Source: Pseudomonadota bacterium (GTDB lineage: Archaea > Thermoplasmatota > SW-10-69-26 > JACQPN01 > JAJPHT01). Taken from it: 64,000 nt of DNA. How positions within the stretch are numbered: the stretch's first letter is position 1; each line of letters starts with the position of its first letter. The notes under the pieces are model-generated. The model was not told the origin of the DNA. It saw nothing but the letters and a program-made list of their open reading frames with translations, and did not search any database. This document shows, one piece after another, positions 1 to 9,708 of this stretch. The position numbers and the translations under genes were made by a program. The stretch covers positions 32,001 to 96,000 of the forward strand of contig JAJPHT010000014.1 in assembly GCA_021325135.1 (NCBI GenBank), in the 5' to 3' direction.

Positions 1-410
1 GCGGCGCGCGCCACGAGGAACTCGCCCTTGAGGTTCGTGTCCACGACGCGGTCCCACTCGGCGTCCGGCATCTCCACCATGGGCGTGGAGCCCGCGACGC
101 CGGCGTTGTTCACGACGATGTCAAGCCGGCCCAGGCGGCGCGCGGCCTCCTCCACCATGGCGTCGACCGCCCGCGCGTCCGTCACGTCCGCCTGGAGGAC
201 GATCGAGCGCCGGCCCATCTTCTCAAGGGTCTGCCGCGTCTCCTCCACGGCCTCGGGGTGCGCAGCGTAGCCCAGCGCGACATCGGCGCCCTGCCGCGCC
301 AGCGCGAGGGCCGCGCCGCGCCCGATGCCTCGTCCGCCGCCGGTGACGAGGGCGACGCGGCCGGTCAGGTCGAACAGGCGTCCATAAGGGTCTGCGCGGG
401 GCATGGGCAT
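1..410 (-). CDS. SDR family oxidoreductase (FabG-like), runs off the window edge
   Basis: Manual translation (absent from ORF track): MPMPRADPYGRLFDLTGRVALVTGGGRGIG...DIVVNNAG...WDRVVDTNLKG, with TGxxxGxG and NNAG motifs; alternative starts at 422 or 404. Confidence 0.9.
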   Translation of the reverse strand, partial: MPMPRADPYGRLFDLTGRVALVTGGGRGIGRGAALALARQGADVALGYAAHPEAVEETRQTLEKMGRRSIVLQADVTDARAVDAMVEEAARRLGRLDIVVNNAGVAGSTPMVEMPDAEWDRVVDTNLKGEFLVARA

Positions 411-473
411 CGGGCTCCCCATGGCGGCCCTTCTCCATGGGCGTGCCGCCGAACGCCTTCGGCTGGCGAGCCC

Positions 474-1055
474 TCAGACGACGAAGGTCATGCTCATCAG
501 CACGTAGTCCGCGACGGGCGAGGTCCCGCTGGCGGGGAGGATCTCCAGCCAGTAGGAGACGACGGCGTTCTGCTGCGGGAGCGTCGCCTTCGCGCCCGCG
601 AGGATGGACGCCGTGCCGCCCGCGGGGATGGTGACGAGCGCGCCCGCCGTGCCCGCCGCGGGCGCCACGCCGTTGGTGACGTTGAACTCGCTGGTCACGG
701 TGGCGCCCAGGCGGATCTGCATCTCGCAGACGAGGCAGCGCGACGCGGAGGCGGAGGCCGACTGGAAGACGAGCCGCGCGCGCACCGCCTGGCTCCCCGG
801 GTTCGCGAGCCGCGTGTTGTTGGACGAGGCCTCGACGACGCCGCCGGGGAGGGCGGAGAGCGTCGCGCTGCTGCTGGTGTTCGTGGAGCTGATGGTCGCG
901 CCGTCAGGGCCCGCCGAGAGCTGGAGCGGCAGCGTCGCGAACGCGGCGAGGCCCAGCGTCTCGCGGGAAGGCGCCGGGTAGGCGACGCTCCGCGTCCCGT
1001 CGGCCGCGCCCACGGCGAGGAGCAGGACGGCGAGGGGCAGCGCGGCGCGGCTCAC
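474..1055 (-). CDS. Secreted Ser/Thr-rich beta-sandwich protein, apparent paralog of 1361..1942
   Basis: GTG start overlaps the upstream TGA; signal peptide MSRAALPLAVLLLAVGAA; shares SV.YP.PS..TL.L...SAGPD with 1361..1942. Confidence 0.65.
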   Translation of the reverse strand: MSRAALPLAVLLLAVGAADGTRSVAYPAPSRETLGLAAFATLPLQLSAGPDGATISSTNTSSSATLSALPGGVVEASSNNTRLANPGSQAVRARLVFQSASASASRCLVCEMQIRLGATVTSEFNVTNGVAPAAGTAGALVTIPAGGTASILAGAKATLPQQNAVVSYWLEILPASGTSPVADYVLMSMTFVV

Positions 1056-1351
1056 GCCTGGTGGCCGCCCCCCGGTGTGGCCGCACCTGGGGCCGCCGGG
1101 CGCGGCGTGAGCGCGCGCCACGCCACCAGGGCAAGCGCCATCGACAGGTAGAGCGCGTCCACCGCGAGACCCAGGAGCGAGGCGCGCAACGCGGCGTTGG
1201 CCACCATGAGGGCGACGCCCGCGAGGCCCAGCGCCAGCGCGAGGCGCTCCTGTGCGGCGCGGCGCGCAGGCATCGTGAGCAGGAGCGACGCCGCGAGCAC
1301 GCCGCCGAAGGTCAGCCCCTTCATCGCGGCTTCGAGGAGGGTCCACGCCAC
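1052..1351 (-). CDS. Small membrane protein (about 3 TM)
   Basis: 99-aa hydrophobic ORF packed between two co-oriented genes. Confidence 0.6.
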   Translation of the reverse strand: MAWTLLEAAMKGLTFGGVLAASLLLTMPARRAAQERLALALGLAGVALMVANAALRASLLGLAVDALYLSMALALVAWRALTPRPAAPGAATPGGGHQA

Positions 1352-1360
1352 GTCATCACC

Positions 1361-1942
1361 TCACGCAAGCGACAGGCTGACGTCCACGCTGGCGGGCAGG
1401 TCCGAGGCGCTCGTGCCGGTGGCAAGCTGCACGTAGGATTTCACGTACACGCTGCTCCCGGCCGCGAGGCTGCCCAGGCTCACCGAGGGCGATCCCGCGG
1501 TGAGGTTCATGGCGCCCACGAGGGAGTTGGAGCCGTAGGCGTAGAACTCCAGGCGGAAGGAGATGATCTTCGAGAAGGACGACACGCTGGTCCCGCTCAC
1601 GGTCACGCTCCACGCGGAGGAGTCCTGGTTGGTGAGCGACGTGAGGTTCGACCAGGTGACGTTGGCCTCGGGCACGGGCTTGAGCGTCACGGTGTAGAAC
1701 GTCGCGTTGCTGCTGAGCGTCCACGAGGCCACGAAGCCGTTGCCCGAGCTGTCGGGGCCCGCGGACCAGACGACGGGCGGGGGCTTGAGGCTCAGCGTGG
1801 CGGTGGAGGGCGTGGGGTAGGTGATGACGACGGACGCGACGGCGGCCGACGCGATCAGCGCGATGGCGACGACGAGGCCGGAGCCGGACGCGGAGAGGCC
1901 GGAGGCGCCCGCGCCCCAGGGAGGTCGCTTGATCATGGCCAA
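1361..1942 (-). CDS. Secreted Ser/Thr-rich beta-sandwich protein, possible filament subunit
   Basis: N-terminal hydrophobic segment LVVAIALIASAAVA followed by beta-strand-like sequence with several NxS/T sequons. Confidence 0.7.
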   Translation of the reverse strand: MAMIKRPPWGAGASGLSASGSGLVVAIALIASAAVASVVITYPTPSTATLSLKPPPVVWSAGPDSSGNGFVASWTLSSNATFYTVTLKPVPEANVTWSNLTSLTNQDSSAWSVTVSGTSVSSFSKIISFRLEFYAYGSNSLVGAMNLTAGSPSVSLGSLAAGSSVYVKSYVQLATGTSASDLPASVDVSLSLA

Positions 1943-2080
1943 GGGTGGCCCTCCAAGGGGGTCGTTCGTTCCGCCTTTCCGGTTTCGCCGACGCCTTCGG
2001 GTGTCATACGGGGCCTGGGGGCGCGGCCCCGCTGCAATCCGGCAGGCTCATGCCGGCGCCTCCTCGATCCCCGCCCGGAG

Positions 2081-2506
2081 ATGGCATTGATCACGCTCCC
2101 CTCGGTGAACTGGATCGCGGTCGTCGTGGCCGCCCTCGCGACCGTCGTCATCGGCGGCCTCTGGTACGCGCCCTTCGCGTTCGGGAAGGCGTGGCAGCGC
2201 GCGCTGGGCAAGACCGACGCCGAGCTTCAGGCGATGCGCAAGAACGCCGCGCCCGGCTACGTCCTCGCCATCGTGGGCGCGCTCGTGACGGCGTGGGTCG
2301 TCGCGGTCACCGTCAAGGCCTTCGGCGCCACGACCGCGGCGGACGCCATCGAGGTCGCGCTCATCGTCTGGATCGGCTACATCGTGAGCCAGACCGTCAT
2401 CGGCACGATGTTCGAGGGGCGCTCGTGGACGCTCTTCGGCATCAACATGGCCAACCAGCTTGTCAACGTCCTCGTGATGGCGCTGATCACGACCCTCTGG
2501 ACCTGA
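2081..2506 (+). CDS. DUF1761 family membrane protein
   Basis: NWIAVVVAA...GGLWY.P..FGKAW pattern, about 4 TM; ATG at 2081. Confidence 0.8.
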   Translation: MALITLPSVNWIAVVVAALATVVIGGLWYAPFAFGKAWQRALGKTDAELQAMRKNAAPGYVLAIVGALVTAWVVAVTVKAFGATTAADAIEVALIVWIGYIVSQTVIGTMFEGRSWTLFGINMANQLVNVLVMALITTLWT

Positions 2507-2512
2507 GTCTCC

Positions 2513-3031
2513 ATGGCCCTCGTCGTCTTCCTGCGCGGCGCGAACCTCGGCAACCGCCGCTTCAAGCCCGCCCAGCTGGCCCAGACGCTGGCGGACCTCG
2601 ACGTCACCAACCTCGGCGCGGCCGGCACGTTCGTCGTCCGCAAGAAGGTCGCCGAGAGGACGCTGCGCGCGAAGCTCCAGGCAGAGATCCCCTTCGACGC
2701 GCCCATGGTCGTCTGTACGGAGAAGGAGGTCCTTGCCGCGCTGGAGGCGGGGGCCACGGTCGACGCGCCCGAAGGCACGAGGCGCTTCGCGACCGCCATG
2801 GAGAAGGCGCCCTCGCCCGCGCCCAAGCTCCCCCTCACCGCGCCCGCGGGCTCCGCGTGGGCCGTGCGCGTGGCCCTCCTCGAAGGGCGCTTCGCCATCG
2901 GCACGCGGCGGCCCGCGGGCGAGACGGGCGTCTACCCCAACGAGGTCGTCGAGAAGGCGTTCAAGGTGAGCGCGACCACGAGGGATTGGCCCACCATGGA
3001 GAAGCTCGGGAAGCTCCTGGAGAAGGGCTGA
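2513..3031 (+). CDS. DUF1697 family protein
   Basis: N-terminal VVFLRGANLG and C-terminal ATTRDWPTMEKL. Confidence 0.8.
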   Translation: MALVVFLRGANLGNRRFKPAQLAQTLADLDVTNLGAAGTFVVRKKVAERTLRAKLQAEIPFDAPMVVCTEKEVLAALEAGATVDAPEGTRRFATAMEKAPSPAPKLPLTAPAGSAWAVRVALLEGRFAIGTRRPAGETGVYPNEVVEKAFKVSATTRDWPTMEKLGKLLEKG

Positions 3032-3402
3032 TGAAGGGCCGCCCTGTCGTCTTCGTCCCCACGAGCGACCCCAAGCGCGCGGCGCGCTGGTACGCGACGC
3101 GGCTGGGCATGAGGTACGTCGCGGACGAGGCCTACGCCTCCGTGGTGAAGGACGATGATATCACCATCCGCCTCTCGCGGGTCGAAGGCGTGGAGCCCGC
3201 TCCCTTCACGATTCTCGGTTGGGAGGTCGCGGACCTGGCGCGCGCCCTGCGCGGGCTCAAGGCGAAGAAGGTCAAGCCGATCCGCTATCCCGGGATGGCG
3301 CAGGACAAGGAGGGCGTCTGGAAGTCGCCCTCGGGGGCGCGCGTCGTCTGGTTCCACGACCGCGACGGGAACGTGCTGTCGCTGACGCAGCTTCCGAAGT
3401 GA
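3031..3402 (+). CDS. VOC/glyoxalase family protein
   Basis: TGATG overlap; SDPKRAARWY...LG, LGWEVAD, WFHDRDGNVLSL. Confidence 0.85.
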   Translation: MKGRPVVFVPTSDPKRAARWYATRLGMRYVADEAYASVVKDDDITIRLSRVEGVEPAPFTILGWEVADLARALRGLKAKKVKPIRYPGMAQDKEGVWKSPSGARVVWFHDRDGNVLSLTQLPK

Positions 3403-3612
3403 CGCCCGGCCCGGCGCGCGGCTCCTTGTCGCCACGGCCTTTGCGCGCGCCTTGGGCTCGCGCAGGCGGCCGAGCGCCCCTGAAGCCCACGGCTCCGGGA
3501 GGGCATTCCTCGTGGGGACGCGACGCCGGGGTGGCTCTCGCGCCGCCTCGATCGAGGCGAAGCCCCCTGTGCCAACGGCCACTCCGCCTGAGGGCCGCAG
3601 CCTTCGCTTCGC

Positions 3613-4767
3613 TCAGCCCTTGATCTTGCCCAGGAGCGATCTCGCGATGATCAGCTTGTGCACTTCCTTGGTGCCCTCGTAGATCTCGGTGATCTTCGCG
3701 TCGCGGTAGAGCTTCTCGGCGGGCATCTCGTCGACGTAGCCCATGCCGCCGAGGATCTGCACGGCCTCGTCGGCGTTCTCCACGGCGGCGCGGCCGGCGA
3801 ACCACTTGGCCATGCTGCTGGCCTGGGGAGAGGGCTTGCCCTGGTCGTTGAGCCACGCGGCCTTGTAGGCCAGGAGGCGCGCGGCCTCGGTGCGGGTCGC
3901 CATCTCGGCGAGCTTGAACTGGATGCCCTGGAGGTCCGCGATGGGCTTGCCGAACGCCTCGCGCTGCATGGCGTACTGCGTGGCGACGTTGAGCGCGCCC
4001 TGCGCGATGCCCACGCCCTGCGCGGCGACGCCGATGCGCGTGTTGTTGAAGAACTCCATGACGTAGTAGAACCCCTTGCCCTCCTCGCCCAGGAGGTTCG
4101 CCTTGGGGACCTTGCAGTCGGTGAATTGCAGTTCCGCCGTGTCGCTGGCGCGGATGCCCAGCTTGCCGTGGATCTTGTTGGCCTTGAAGCCGGGCGCCGT
4201 CTTCTCGACGACCACGAGGGAGAAGCGCGCGTGGGGCTTGGGGTTCTTGGGGTCGGTCTGGACCAGCGTGATGAAGTAGTCCGCGACGTCGCCGTTGGTG
4301 ATCCACATCTTGGCGCCGTTGATGACGTAGTGGTCGCCCTGCTTGACCGCGGTGCAGGTGGCGCCCGCGACGTCGCTGCCCGCGCCGGCCTCGCTGATGG
4401 CGGCGCCCGACATCATCTCGCCGCGCGGGATGGGGCTCAGCCACTTCTGCTTCTGCTCCTCCGTGCCCAGGCGGATGATGGCCTCGGTGCCGAAGTCCGC
4501 GGCGAAGATGCAGAGGGCCAGGCCCGGGTCCACCGCGTTGAGCTCCTCGGCGCAGATGGCGGACTCGATCATGCCCAGCCCCGCGCCGCCGTACTGCGTG
4601 GGGATCATGATCCCCAGGAGCCCCTGCGCGGCGGCCTTCTTCATCAGCTCGTGGGGGTACTGCTCCTTGTCGTCGCAGACCTTGCCGTAGGCGGGGAACT
4701 CCTTGAGGGCGAACTCGCGGGCCATCTGGCGAAGGGCGCGCTGCTCGTCCGTGAACGCGAACTCCAT
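3613..4767 (-). CDS. Acyl-CoA dehydrogenase
   Basis: SEAGAGSD, NGAKMWITNG, REAFGKPI, RDAKITEIYEGT. Confidence 0.95.
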   Translation of the reverse strand: MEFAFTDEQRALRQMAREFALKEFPAYGKVCDDKEQYPHELMKKAAAQGLLGIMIPTQYGGAGLGMIESAICAEELNAVDPGLALCIFAADFGTEAIIRLGTEEQKQKWLSPIPRGEMMSGAAISEAGAGSDVAGATCTAVKQGDHYVINGAKMWITNGDVADYFITLVQTDPKNPKPHARFSLVVVEKTAPGFKANKIHGKLGIRASDTAELQFTDCKVPKANLLGEEGKGFYYVMEFFNNTRIGVAAQGVGIAQGALNVATQYAMQREAFGKPIADLQGIQFKLAEMATRTEAARLLAYKAAWLNDQGKPSPQASSMAKWFAGRAAVENADEAVQILGGMGYVDEMPAEKLYRDAKITEIYEGTKEVHKLIIARSLLGKIKG

Positions 4768-4790
4768 GGGTCCCGATTCCGCCCGCCGGC

Positions 4791-4806
4791 TTTTAAGGGT
4801 ATTTCC
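4791..4806 (-). promoter_or_regulatory. Archaeal BRE/TATA-like promoter of the acyl-CoA dehydrogenase
   Basis: Minus strand GGAAATACCCTTAAAA ends about 24 nt before the ATG at 4767, consistent with a leaderless transcript. Confidence 0.5.
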
Positions 4807-5002
4807 CTCCGGGAGACTCCGAGGGGGAGAAGGGCGCGTCTGGCCCGCAACGCGCGGGGCGCCCCCTCAGGCCGCGGCGGGCGCCCGCCCGATGCCATGG
4901 CCCTCTGCGTGCACCGCCGCCACCGCGCGCATCATCGGTCTTCCGACGGCGAGGGCCCCGCGCCGGGGGCGGGGGCCATCGTCGTCCCGCGGGCCCGACG
5001 CT

Positions 5003-5389
5003 TCACGCGGGGCGGCCGCGCATGCGGGTGCGCGCGCCACCGGCCGCCCACACGTCGTAGGCGGAGACGAGGATCACGAGGATGCCCAGGATGACGTTCG
5101 ACCAGCGCAGCGTGAGCGTGGTCGTCATCGCGAAGGGGAACACCGCGATGACGATGCCCGCGATGAGGTTCACGATGGAGACCCAGCGCATCGGCTCGCC
5201 GCGGCTCGTGGAGTAGACGTTCCAGCCCGCCAGGATCAGCACGATGGCGCCCAGGACGACGTTGGTCGCCATGACGCCGCCCGACTCGCCCGACCAGAAG
5301 GGGGCGGCGATGGTGAGGATGCCCAGGATGACGTTCGCCCACGAGGCCCAGACCGTGCGGCCAGCCGGCCGCTGCGACAGAGTGGTCAT
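5003..5389 (-). CDS. SPW-repeat membrane protein
   Basis: SWANVILG...APF, W(V)SIVNLIAG...FPF and WSNVILG repeats, 4 TM. Confidence 0.8.
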   Translation of the reverse strand: MTTLSQRPAGRTVWASWANVILGILTIAAPFWSGESGGVMATNVVLGAIVLILAGWNVYSTSRGEPMRWVSIVNLIAGIVIAVFPFAMTTTLTLRWSNVILGILVILVSAYDVWAAGGARTRMRGRPA

Positions 5390-5512
5390 GGGTCGCCTCG
5401 CCTCGGGGCCTTCCCCTTTGGGTCTTCTGGCGCATCGCTGGGTGCGCGGGCCAACGTTGATGGCGCGCGCCCCCGTGGGGGCCTCGTGGCCGACCTCTGC
5501 CCCCGCTGCCTC

Positions 5513-5863
5513 ATGGCGTTCCGGCACCACGTCGTCGTCCGCGCTCGGTGCCTGAAGCGGTGGCGCGGCGCGAACTTCGATGCCGCCGCCGCGCAGGGCA
5601 ACGTCGGAGCCGCGGTCGCCGCCGCGCTGGGCCTGCCTGCGCGCACGTCCAAGGACCTGGAGGCCTTCCTCCAGAAGGCGGTCGTGAAGACGTACGGCGA
5701 GGGGCTCGACCCCAACCCCGCCGCGGAGTTCGACGCGGCGGAGGGGGAGGCGTTCGAGTTCCACGTGGGGTTGCGCTTCGACGCGGACCCCGGGACGCTG
5801 GCCGCGGTGGAGAAGGCCGCCCGCGACGCCGTGGCGTCAAGCCGGCGCTTCGCGCTGGCCTGA
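5513..5863 (+). CDS. Hypothetical protein (116 aa)
   Basis: ATG at 5513; protein-like composition; fills the intergenic gap. Confidence 0.55.
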   Translation: MAFRHHVVVRARCLKRWRGANFDAAAAQGNVGAAVAAALGLPARTSKDLEAFLQKAVVKTYGEGLDPNPAAEFDAAEGEAFEFHVGLRFDADPGTLAAVEKAARDAVASSRRFALA

Positions 5864-8152
5864 GGGCTCGAAGAGGCGGCGCGCGTCGGCGACCTGCCGC
5901 GGCGTCCCCAGCAGCACCACCGCGTCCCCCTCGGCGAGGCGCAGCACGGGCGCGGGGTTGAGGATGGGCACGCCTTCGCGGCGCAGCCCGACCACCGTGG
6001 CGCCCGTCGTCTCGCGGATGCGGGAGCCGGCCAGCGTGACGCCCGCCATGGGGGAGCCGGGCGGGACTGGCACCTCCTCCACGTGGACGCCCTCGGCGGC
6101 GCCCGCGGGCCGCTGCGTCAGCGGCGCCTCGCCGGTCACGAGGCGGCGCGCGTGGTCCACCTGCTCGCGGCCCCCCAGGAGGCCCAGCACGTCGCCCGGC
6201 TCGATGAGGAGGTCGGGCGGCGGGTTGAGCACGCTGCGCCCCGCGCGCTCGTGCGTCACGATGGTGGCGCCGGTCTTCTGCGGAAGCTGGAGGTCGCGGA
6301 TGCGGCGGTTGGCGGCGCGGGAGCCGGGAGGGATGATGACGCTCTGCGCGTGCATGTCCCACGGCGCCTGCTCGCGGATGATCCGGAGCACGCGGTCGCG
6401 CGTGCCTGGCGCGTCGGCGCCGCCCAGCAGCACGACGTCCAGGGCCTTCTCGATCTGCTCGTCCAGGCGGCGCAGCGCGCCGCGCAGCAGCACGACCGCG
6501 AGCGCGACGAGGATCAGCGCGCCTGCCAGGAGCGGCAGGGGAGGGACGAACGCCGCGCCCGCGGCGAAGACGACGAGCCCCGCGAGGACCGCCAGGAAGA
6601 CGTAGAGCGTGCGGCGCAGCACGGCGGCGGCTGCGGCGCCCTGCCCGCGCGCCTCGTCGGGCGGGATGATGGCCTCGGTGAGGTGGCGCACGAGGTCGCG
6701 CACGGCGCGGGCGAGGCCGTAGAGGATGACGAGGCCCGCCAGCGCGAAGAGGGCGATGCTCGCGACGCGCGCCGCGGGGGGCGCGCCGCTGGCCACCAGG
6801 CGCCCGTCCGCGTAGGCCGCGCCCAGGCCCGAGCCCACCAGGAGGAGCACGAAGACCGCGACGCGCGCGGCGTCGGCGCGGCGCAGGCCCCCTTCGAACG
6901 CCTCGGGGCGGCCGCGGCGGCGCCGCGCGCGCTGCGCCCACGAGGAGTATGTGGAGGCGAACCCGCGCACCGAGGCGGGCGCGCGCCGCGAGAGGGCGCG
7001 CACGATGTCGTCGGAACGGCGCACAAGGGGCGGCGTCACGAGGGTCGTGAGCGCGGAGACGGCGACGGCGATGGGGAGGAGGAAGCCGTTGGTCGCGCCA
7101 AGCGTCGCGCCCTGCGAGGCGATGACGAAGCTGAACTCGCCGATCATCGCCATGCCGATGCCCACGCGCACGGCCTCCGTGGCGGGGTAGCCCGCGATGA
7201 ACGTCGCGCCGCTCACGGCGAGCAGCTTCCCCGCGATGCTCAGGACGCCCAGCGCGAGCACGGCGGGCCAGTGGGCGACCACCTGCGCGGGATCGAGAAG
7301 GATGCCCGTGGAGACGAAGAACACGGCGGTGAACACGTCCCTCAGGGGCGCGATGCGGTGCTCGACCGCGGCGGAGGCGCGCGACTCGGCGACCACCGCG
7401 CCCGCGATGAAGGCGCCCAGCGCCAGCGAGAGCCCCAGCCCCACGGCCATCATGGAGACCGCGAAGGCGAGGCCCACGGCGAGGAGCACGAGGATGGCCT
7501 CCACGCGCATCGTGGCGACGTAGTCCACGAGGCGCGGCACGACCGCGAGGCCCAGCACCAGCGCGACGGCGACGAAGACGGCCATGCGCAGCGCCAGCGC
7601 GCCCGCGACGGCGAGGCCTCCCGCCCCGCCCCCGCCCACGGAGGGGAGGACCGCCAGGAGCACGACCGCGACCAGGTCCTCCACGAGGAGGATGCCGAAG
7701 ATGACCTCGCTGCTGGCGGCGCCCGCGCGGCCCAGGTCTTGCAGCGTCTTGACGACGAGCGTCGTGGAGGAGATGGCGAGGATCGCGCCCAGCACCAGCG
7801 AGTCCGCGAGGCCCCAGCCGAAGAGGCGGCCCGCGACGAAGCCCGCGCCCACCATGAGGCTCGTCTCCAGCACGCCCGCGGTGATGGCGATGCCGCCCAC
7901 GCGGCGCAGGCGACCCAGGTGGAAGTCCAGTCCCAGGCCGAAGAGGAGGAAGACGATGCCCATCTGCGCGAGGACCGCGATGTCGCCGGGGTCGCCGATG
8001 AGCGGCACGGGCGAGGCGTGCGCGACGAGGACGCCGGCCACGAGATAGCCAAGCACCGCCGGGAGGCGCAGTCGGTGGAACGCCAGCGCGACGACGCCCG
8101 CCGTGACGAGGACGACGGCGAGGTCCCGCACTAGGGTCAGGTCCTCGGCCAC
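5837..8152 (-). CDS. Cation:proton antiporter (CPA2/Kef-type) with two C-terminal TrkA-C (RCK-C) domains
   Basis: P.VLGYLVAG, ISSTTLV, LLVED, LGAFIAG, GEFSF; two 'GATIV/GATVV...NP.P...GD' RCK-C repeats; GTG start at 8152. Confidence 0.92.
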   Translation of the reverse strand: MAEDLTLVRDLAVVLVTAGVVALAFHRLRLPAVLGYLVAGVLVAHASPVPLIGDPGDIAVLAQMGIVFLLFGLGLDFHLGRLRRVGGIAITAGVLETSLMVGAGFVAGRLFGWGLADSLVLGAILAISSTTLVVKTLQDLGRAGAASSEVIFGILLVEDLVAVVLLAVLPSVGGGGAGGLAVAGALALRMAVFVAVALVLGLAVVPRLVDYVATMRVEAILVLLAVGLAFAVSMMAVGLGLSLALGAFIAGAVVAESRASAAVEHRIAPLRDVFTAVFFVSTGILLDPAQVVAHWPAVLALGVLSIAGKLLAVSGATFIAGYPATEAVRVGIGMAMIGEFSFVIASQGATLGATNGFLLPIAVAVSALTTLVTPPLVRRSDDIVRALSRRAPASVRGFASTYSSWAQRARRRRGRPEAFEGGLRRADAARVAVFVLLLVGSGLGAAYADGRLVASGAPPAARVASIALFALAGLVILYGLARAVRDLVRHLTEAIIPPDEARGQGAAAAAVLRRTLYVFLAVLAGLVVFAAGAAFVPPLPLLAGALILVALAVVLLRGALRRLDEQIEKALDVVLLGGADAPGTRDRVLRIIREQAPWDMHAQSVIIPPGSRAANRRIRDLQLPQKTGATIVTHERAGRSVLNPPPDLLIEPGDVLGLLGGREQVDHARRLVTGEAPLTQRPAGAAEGVHVEEVPVPPGSPMAGVTLAGSRIRETTGATVVGLRREGVPILNPAPVLRLAEGDAVVLLGTPRQVADARRLFEPSGQREAPA

Positions 8153-8250
8153 GCCCCCGGTTCGCGGCGCGGCCGCAAAAGGGCGCCGGTTGGGCGGCTC
8201 CCCATCGATTCCCAAGCTTGCTTCTCCTCGCTGCGCCTCCTTCGTCGTGC

Positions 8251-8622
8251 ATGCCTCGAACCGCATCGCGGGTCGCCCTCGCGGCCCTCCTCCTGGCCCT
8301 GCTTCCGACCGCCCTCGCGCAGGACGCGCACCCCGGCGTCGCGTGCCCTCCCGGCGAGACCTGCTCCGAGAAGGCCGCCGGCGGCGTGCGCGCCGGCCCC
8401 TGCCCCACCGACGTGAACTGCACCGGCGGCACGAAGCCCGGCTCGGGCACCTGCATGGACGGCCAGCAGGGGAACGAGACCTGCGACCCCGACGTGCGCT
8501 ACCTGGGCGGCCCCTCGCCGCAGGCGGAGAGCGCGAAGAGCGTCCCCGCGGGGGGCGTCCTCGTGGTGTTCGCCGCCTTCGCGCTGGCCGTCGCCGCGGT
8601 CGCCACGCTGCGCCGCCGCTGA
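8251..8622 (+). CDS. Small Cys-rich secreted protein with a PGF-CTERM-like sorting signal
   Basis: Signal peptide, 6 Cys, C-terminus VPAGG + hydrophobic helix + LRRR. Confidence 0.7.
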   Translation: MPRTASRVALAALLLALLPTALAQDAHPGVACPPGETCSEKAAGGVRAGPCPTDVNCTGGTKPGSGTCMDGQQGNETCDPDVRYLGGPSPQAESAKSVPAGGVLVVFAAFALAVAAVATLRRR

Positions 8623-8711
8623 GCCCATGATCGCCGGGGGCGGACGCTCCGCTCCGACACTCCCTTAGCCAACAGGCGGCGCGGGGAGGCCGCCCCCGGC
8701 CTTGCCCTTCT

Positions 8712-8990
8712 TCACGCGGGCTTGAGGCGCAGCGTGACGTCGCGCAGCAGCGCGACCTCTTCGCGCCCCACGTCCACGAGCCCCGCCTTCTCCATGCGCC
8801 GCAGGTGGAAGCGCAGCCCCGTGGCGTCCAGCAGGATGCCCTCCTTCTCCAGGCGCGCCCGCAGCGCGGCCGGCGCCATGCGGCGCTCCCCCCTCAGGAT
8901 GCGCGAGATGGCGACGCGCGCCGGATGCGCCAGCCCCTCGTGGAGCGCGGCGGCCTGCTCCGGCGCGAGGTCGGCATCCAGCGAGACCAT
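8712..8990 (-). CDS. ArsR-like winged-helix regulator
   Basis: LAHPARVAI...FHLRRMEKAGLV. Confidence 0.75.
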   Translation of the reverse strand: MVSLDADLAPEQAAALHEGLAHPARVAISRILRGERRMAPAALRARLEKEGILLDATGLRFHLRRMEKAGLVDVGREEVALLRDVTLRLKPA

Positions 8991-9063
8991 GCGCGCCGGA
9001 AGGGTGTACGCGCGTACAGGCCTTCCGAAAGCGTCTTCCCCGCGGGGCGGCGCTTGGCGGAGC

Positions 9064-9708
9064 ATGGACGTCATCGAGGCGCTCACGAGCAAGGACCTCC
9101 GCGCGCTGGAGGCAATGCTCCGGGAGGACCCGGCGGAGGCCGACGCGCGCACGCCCGAGGGCTTGAGCGCGCTCCAGCTGGCGTGCTATCTCCGGTTCTC
9201 GCAGGGGATCGACGCCCTCCTGCGCGCGGGCGCCCAGCCCGACGTGTTCGCCGCCGCGTGCCTGGGCGACGCGGCCCGCGTGCGCGCCCTCGTGGCGCGG
9301 GACCGCTCCCTCCTGGAGAAGCACGGCCCCGACGGCGGCGCGCCCCTGCACCTGGCCGCGCACTTCGGCCGCCTCGACGTCGTGCGCGCGCTCCTGAGCC
9401 TGGGCGCGGACCCCAACGGATTCTCCGGCGGGATGTTCAACAACGCGCCCCTCCACGCCGCGGCCGCGGGCTCCCAGGGCGAGGCCGTGGAGGTCCTCCT
9501 GGCCGCGGGCGCCAAGCCCGACCTCCCCGACAAGAACGGCTACACGCCGCTCCACGTCGCGGCGGCCAACGGCGCCGCGCGCGCCATCCGGGCGCTGCTA
9601 TCAAAAGGCGCGGACCCCAAGGCGAAGGGGCCCGACGGCAAGACCGCGCTGGACTTCGCGCGGGAGCGCGGCATGGACGAGGCCGCCGCGCTGCTCGCCT
9701 CAGCTTGA
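9064..9708 (+). CDS. Ankyrin repeat protein
   Basis: Repeated PLHxAA...LL..GA(D)P motifs. Confidence 0.9.
   Translation: MDVIEALTSKDLRALEAMLREDPAEADARTPEGLSALQLACYLRFSQGIDALLRAGAQPDVFAAACLGDAARVRALVARDRSLLEKHGPDGGAPLHLAAHFGRLDVVRALLSLGADPNGFSGGMFNNAPLHAAAAGSQGEAVEVLLAAGAKPDLPDKNGYTPLHVAAANGAARAIRALLSKGADPKAKGPDGKTALDFARERGMDEAAALLASA

Noticed and set aside
1820-1942. Archaellin/type IV pilin-like N-terminus (GASG...VVAIALIASAAVASVV)
   Set aside because: No clear basic class III cleavage site directly before the hydrophobic stretch and no assembly ATPase nearby
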